NCBI GenBank assembly: GCA_947375105.1
Contig: CANCET010000002.1
Span: forward strand, 10,471 to 74,470
From: Sphingomonadaceae bacterium
Lineage (GTDB): Bacteria > Pseudomonadota > Alphaproteobacteria > Sphingomonadales > Sphingomonadaceae
DNA: 64,000 nucleotides
Direction of reading: 5' to 3'
Below are positions 62,662-64,000 of the stretch, in pieces. The notes below the pieces were generated by a model. That model searched no databases. It worked only from the letters and a program-made list of their open reading frames with translations, and was not told where the DNA came from. Both the position numbers and the translations under genes were made by a program. How positions within the stretch are numbered: position 1 is the stretch's first letter; each line of letters begins with the position of its first letter.

Positions 62662-64000
62662 ATGACGAATGATCCATCCCACGCCACTGTTGACATCGTG
62701 ATTGTAGGCGCCGGCCTCGCCGGACTCCGCGCGCTCTATTCCATGCGCGAGGCCGGATTCTCGGTCACCGTGCTGGAGGCGAGCGACGATCTGGGCGGGG
62801 TCTGGCACCACAATCGCTATCCCGGCGCGCGCTGCGATGTCGAAAGCTACGACTATTCTTACATGTTCTCGCCCGAGCTTGAGCAGGAATGGCGCTGGAG
62901 CGAGCGCTACGCGACTCAGCCCGAAGTGCTTTCGTACATCCGCCATGTGGCGGACCGCTTCGACTTGCGCCCTGCCATCCAGTTCAACACGCGCATGGCG
63001 CGCGCCGAGTTCAATGAGTCCAGCAATCGCTGGTCCGTGACTGCCAAGGATGGCCGCACCTGGGATGCGGGCACTCTGATCATGGCGGTTGGCCAGCTTT
63101 CAACGACCAAGCAGCCCACTCTGCCAGGGCAGGAAAGCTTCACCGGCGCGATCTATCACAGCGCCGCCTGGCCGCGCGAGGGCGTCGATTTGGCCGGCAA
63201 GCGAGTCGGGATCATCGGCACAGGCTCCTCCGGCGTACAGATGACGCCGCTGATAGCCGCCGAGGCAGCGCATCTCACCGTGTTCCAGCGCTCTGCAAAC
63301 TTCAGCATTCCGGCCGCCAATGCACCGATCTCGGCTGAAGAGGACGCGGCGATAAAGGCGGACTATCGCGCCCGCCGCACCCGCGCGCTCAATTCTCCCA
63401 GCGGCCTCGGCTTCTTGCCTAATGGCGCATCTGCCCTCGAAGCCTCGGCAGACGAGCGCCAGGCGGTCTATGAAGCGGCGTGGGTCCGGCTCGGCTTCGG
63501 CTTCGCCCTGGCCTACAAGGATATTCTGCTGGACGAGGCCTCGAACGAGACGGCTGCAACGTTCATCCGCGACAAAATCGCCGCACAGGTCAAGGATCCG
63601 TCGACCCGCGAACTGCTGACTCCGCGCGGCTTTCCCTTCGGTGCAAAGCGGCCCTCGGTCGACAGCAACTACTTCGCCACCTTCAACCGCAACAATGTGG
63701 CACTGGTCGATATCAAGGCCGATCCGATCGAGGCCCTGACCCCGACCGGCCTCAGCACCGGAAATACACACTATCCGCTCGATGTCCTGATCTACGCGAC
63801 CGGATTTGATGCGTTCACCGGCTCACTGCTGCGCCCCGACATCATCGGCCGGGACTGGCTCAGCCTCCGGGACAAATGGTCAGCCGGCCCGGCGACCTAC
63901 CTCGGGCTTGGAGTCTCTGGGTTTCCCAACATGTTTGTTCTGGTCGGCCCCGGCAGCCCATCGCTTCTCAGCAACGTAATCCTCTCGATCGAGCAGCAGG
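62662..64000 (+). CDS. Type I Baeyer-Villiger monooxygenase, 3' end outside window (absent from the supplied ORF track)
   Basis: Manual translation: MTNDPSH..GAGLAG, GGVWHHNRYPGARCD, FTGAIYHSAAWP, GTGSSG, GAKRPSVD, ATGFD; frame still intact at the window edge (GPGSPSLLSNV). Confidence 0.92.
   Translation, partial: MTNDPSHATVDIVIVGAGLAGLRALYSMREAGFSVTVLEASDDLGGVWHHNRYPGARCDVESYDYSYMFSPELEQEWRWSERYATQPEVLSYIRHVADRFDLRPAIQFNTRMARAEFNESSNRWSVTAKDGRTWDAGTLIMAVGQLSTTKQPTLPGQESFTGAIYHSAAWPREGVDLAGKRVGIIGTGSSGVQMTPLIAAEAAHLTVFQRSANFSIPAANAPISAEEDAAIKADYRARRTRALNSPSGLGFLPNGASALEASADERQAVYEAAWVRLGFGFALAYKDILLDEASNETAATFIRDKIAAQVKDPSTRELLTPRGFPFGAKRPSVDSNYFATFNRNNVALVDIKADPIEALTPTGLSTGNTHYPLDVLIYATGFDAFTGSLLRPDIIGRDWLSLRDKWSAGPATYLGLGVSGFPNMFVLVGPGSPSLLSNVILSIEQQ

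Noticed and set aside
1-64000. CRISPR array, tRNA/rRNA, IS/integrase, prophage, RiPP or PKS/NRPS cluster
   Set aside because: No spaced repeats, RNA-gene signatures, transposase/integrase motifs, carrier proteins or precursor-plus-maturase sets seen.

Overview
High-GC bacterial DNA, probably Sphingomonadaceae-like Alphaproteobacteria (inferred from the TonB-dependent receptor style and a CYP101-family P450). The window is one dense catabolic region of about 57 genes, open at both ends, arranged mostly as divergent operon pairs. I saw no rRNA, tRNA, CRISPR or mobile element. Content: 5 acyl-CoA ligases, 3 acyl-CoA dehydrogenases, 4 crotonase-fold enzymes (one BadI-like), 6 SDRs (one BadH-like), 4 Baeyer-Villiger monooxygenases plus an FMO, a CYP101-like P450, a LimB-like flavin monooxygenase, a quinohemoprotein alcohol dehydrogenase, an OYE ene-reductase, an HSL esterase, 2 BKACEs, 2 cyclase-family hydrolases, an AMACR-like CaiB protein, an SCP2-type thiolase with an HMGS/DUF35 partner, 2 TonB-dependent receptors, 2 TetR and 1 MarR regulators. 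Together these suggest uptake and degradation of alicyclic or methyl-branched compounds such as monoterpenoids or norisoprenoids; the substrate is inferred. Main leads: (1) two divergent copies of a three-gene module (APH/LvaA-like kinase + coupled LvaB-like helical protein + tocopherol-cyclase/AttH-like beta-barrel) with no adjacent LvaC-type dehydrogenase, a candidate new ATP-dependent phosphorylation/elimination system; (2) a TCAAC-N6-GTTGA palindrome in four of five divergent promoter regions, mostly overlapping -35 boxes, plus a second candidate operator; (3) apparent pseudo-enzymes: two class I CoA-transferase homologues lacking the catalytic Glu and an HMGS-DUF35 fusion lacking both the catalytic Cys and the zinc ligands. 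All family calls come from motif recognition by eye, not database searches.
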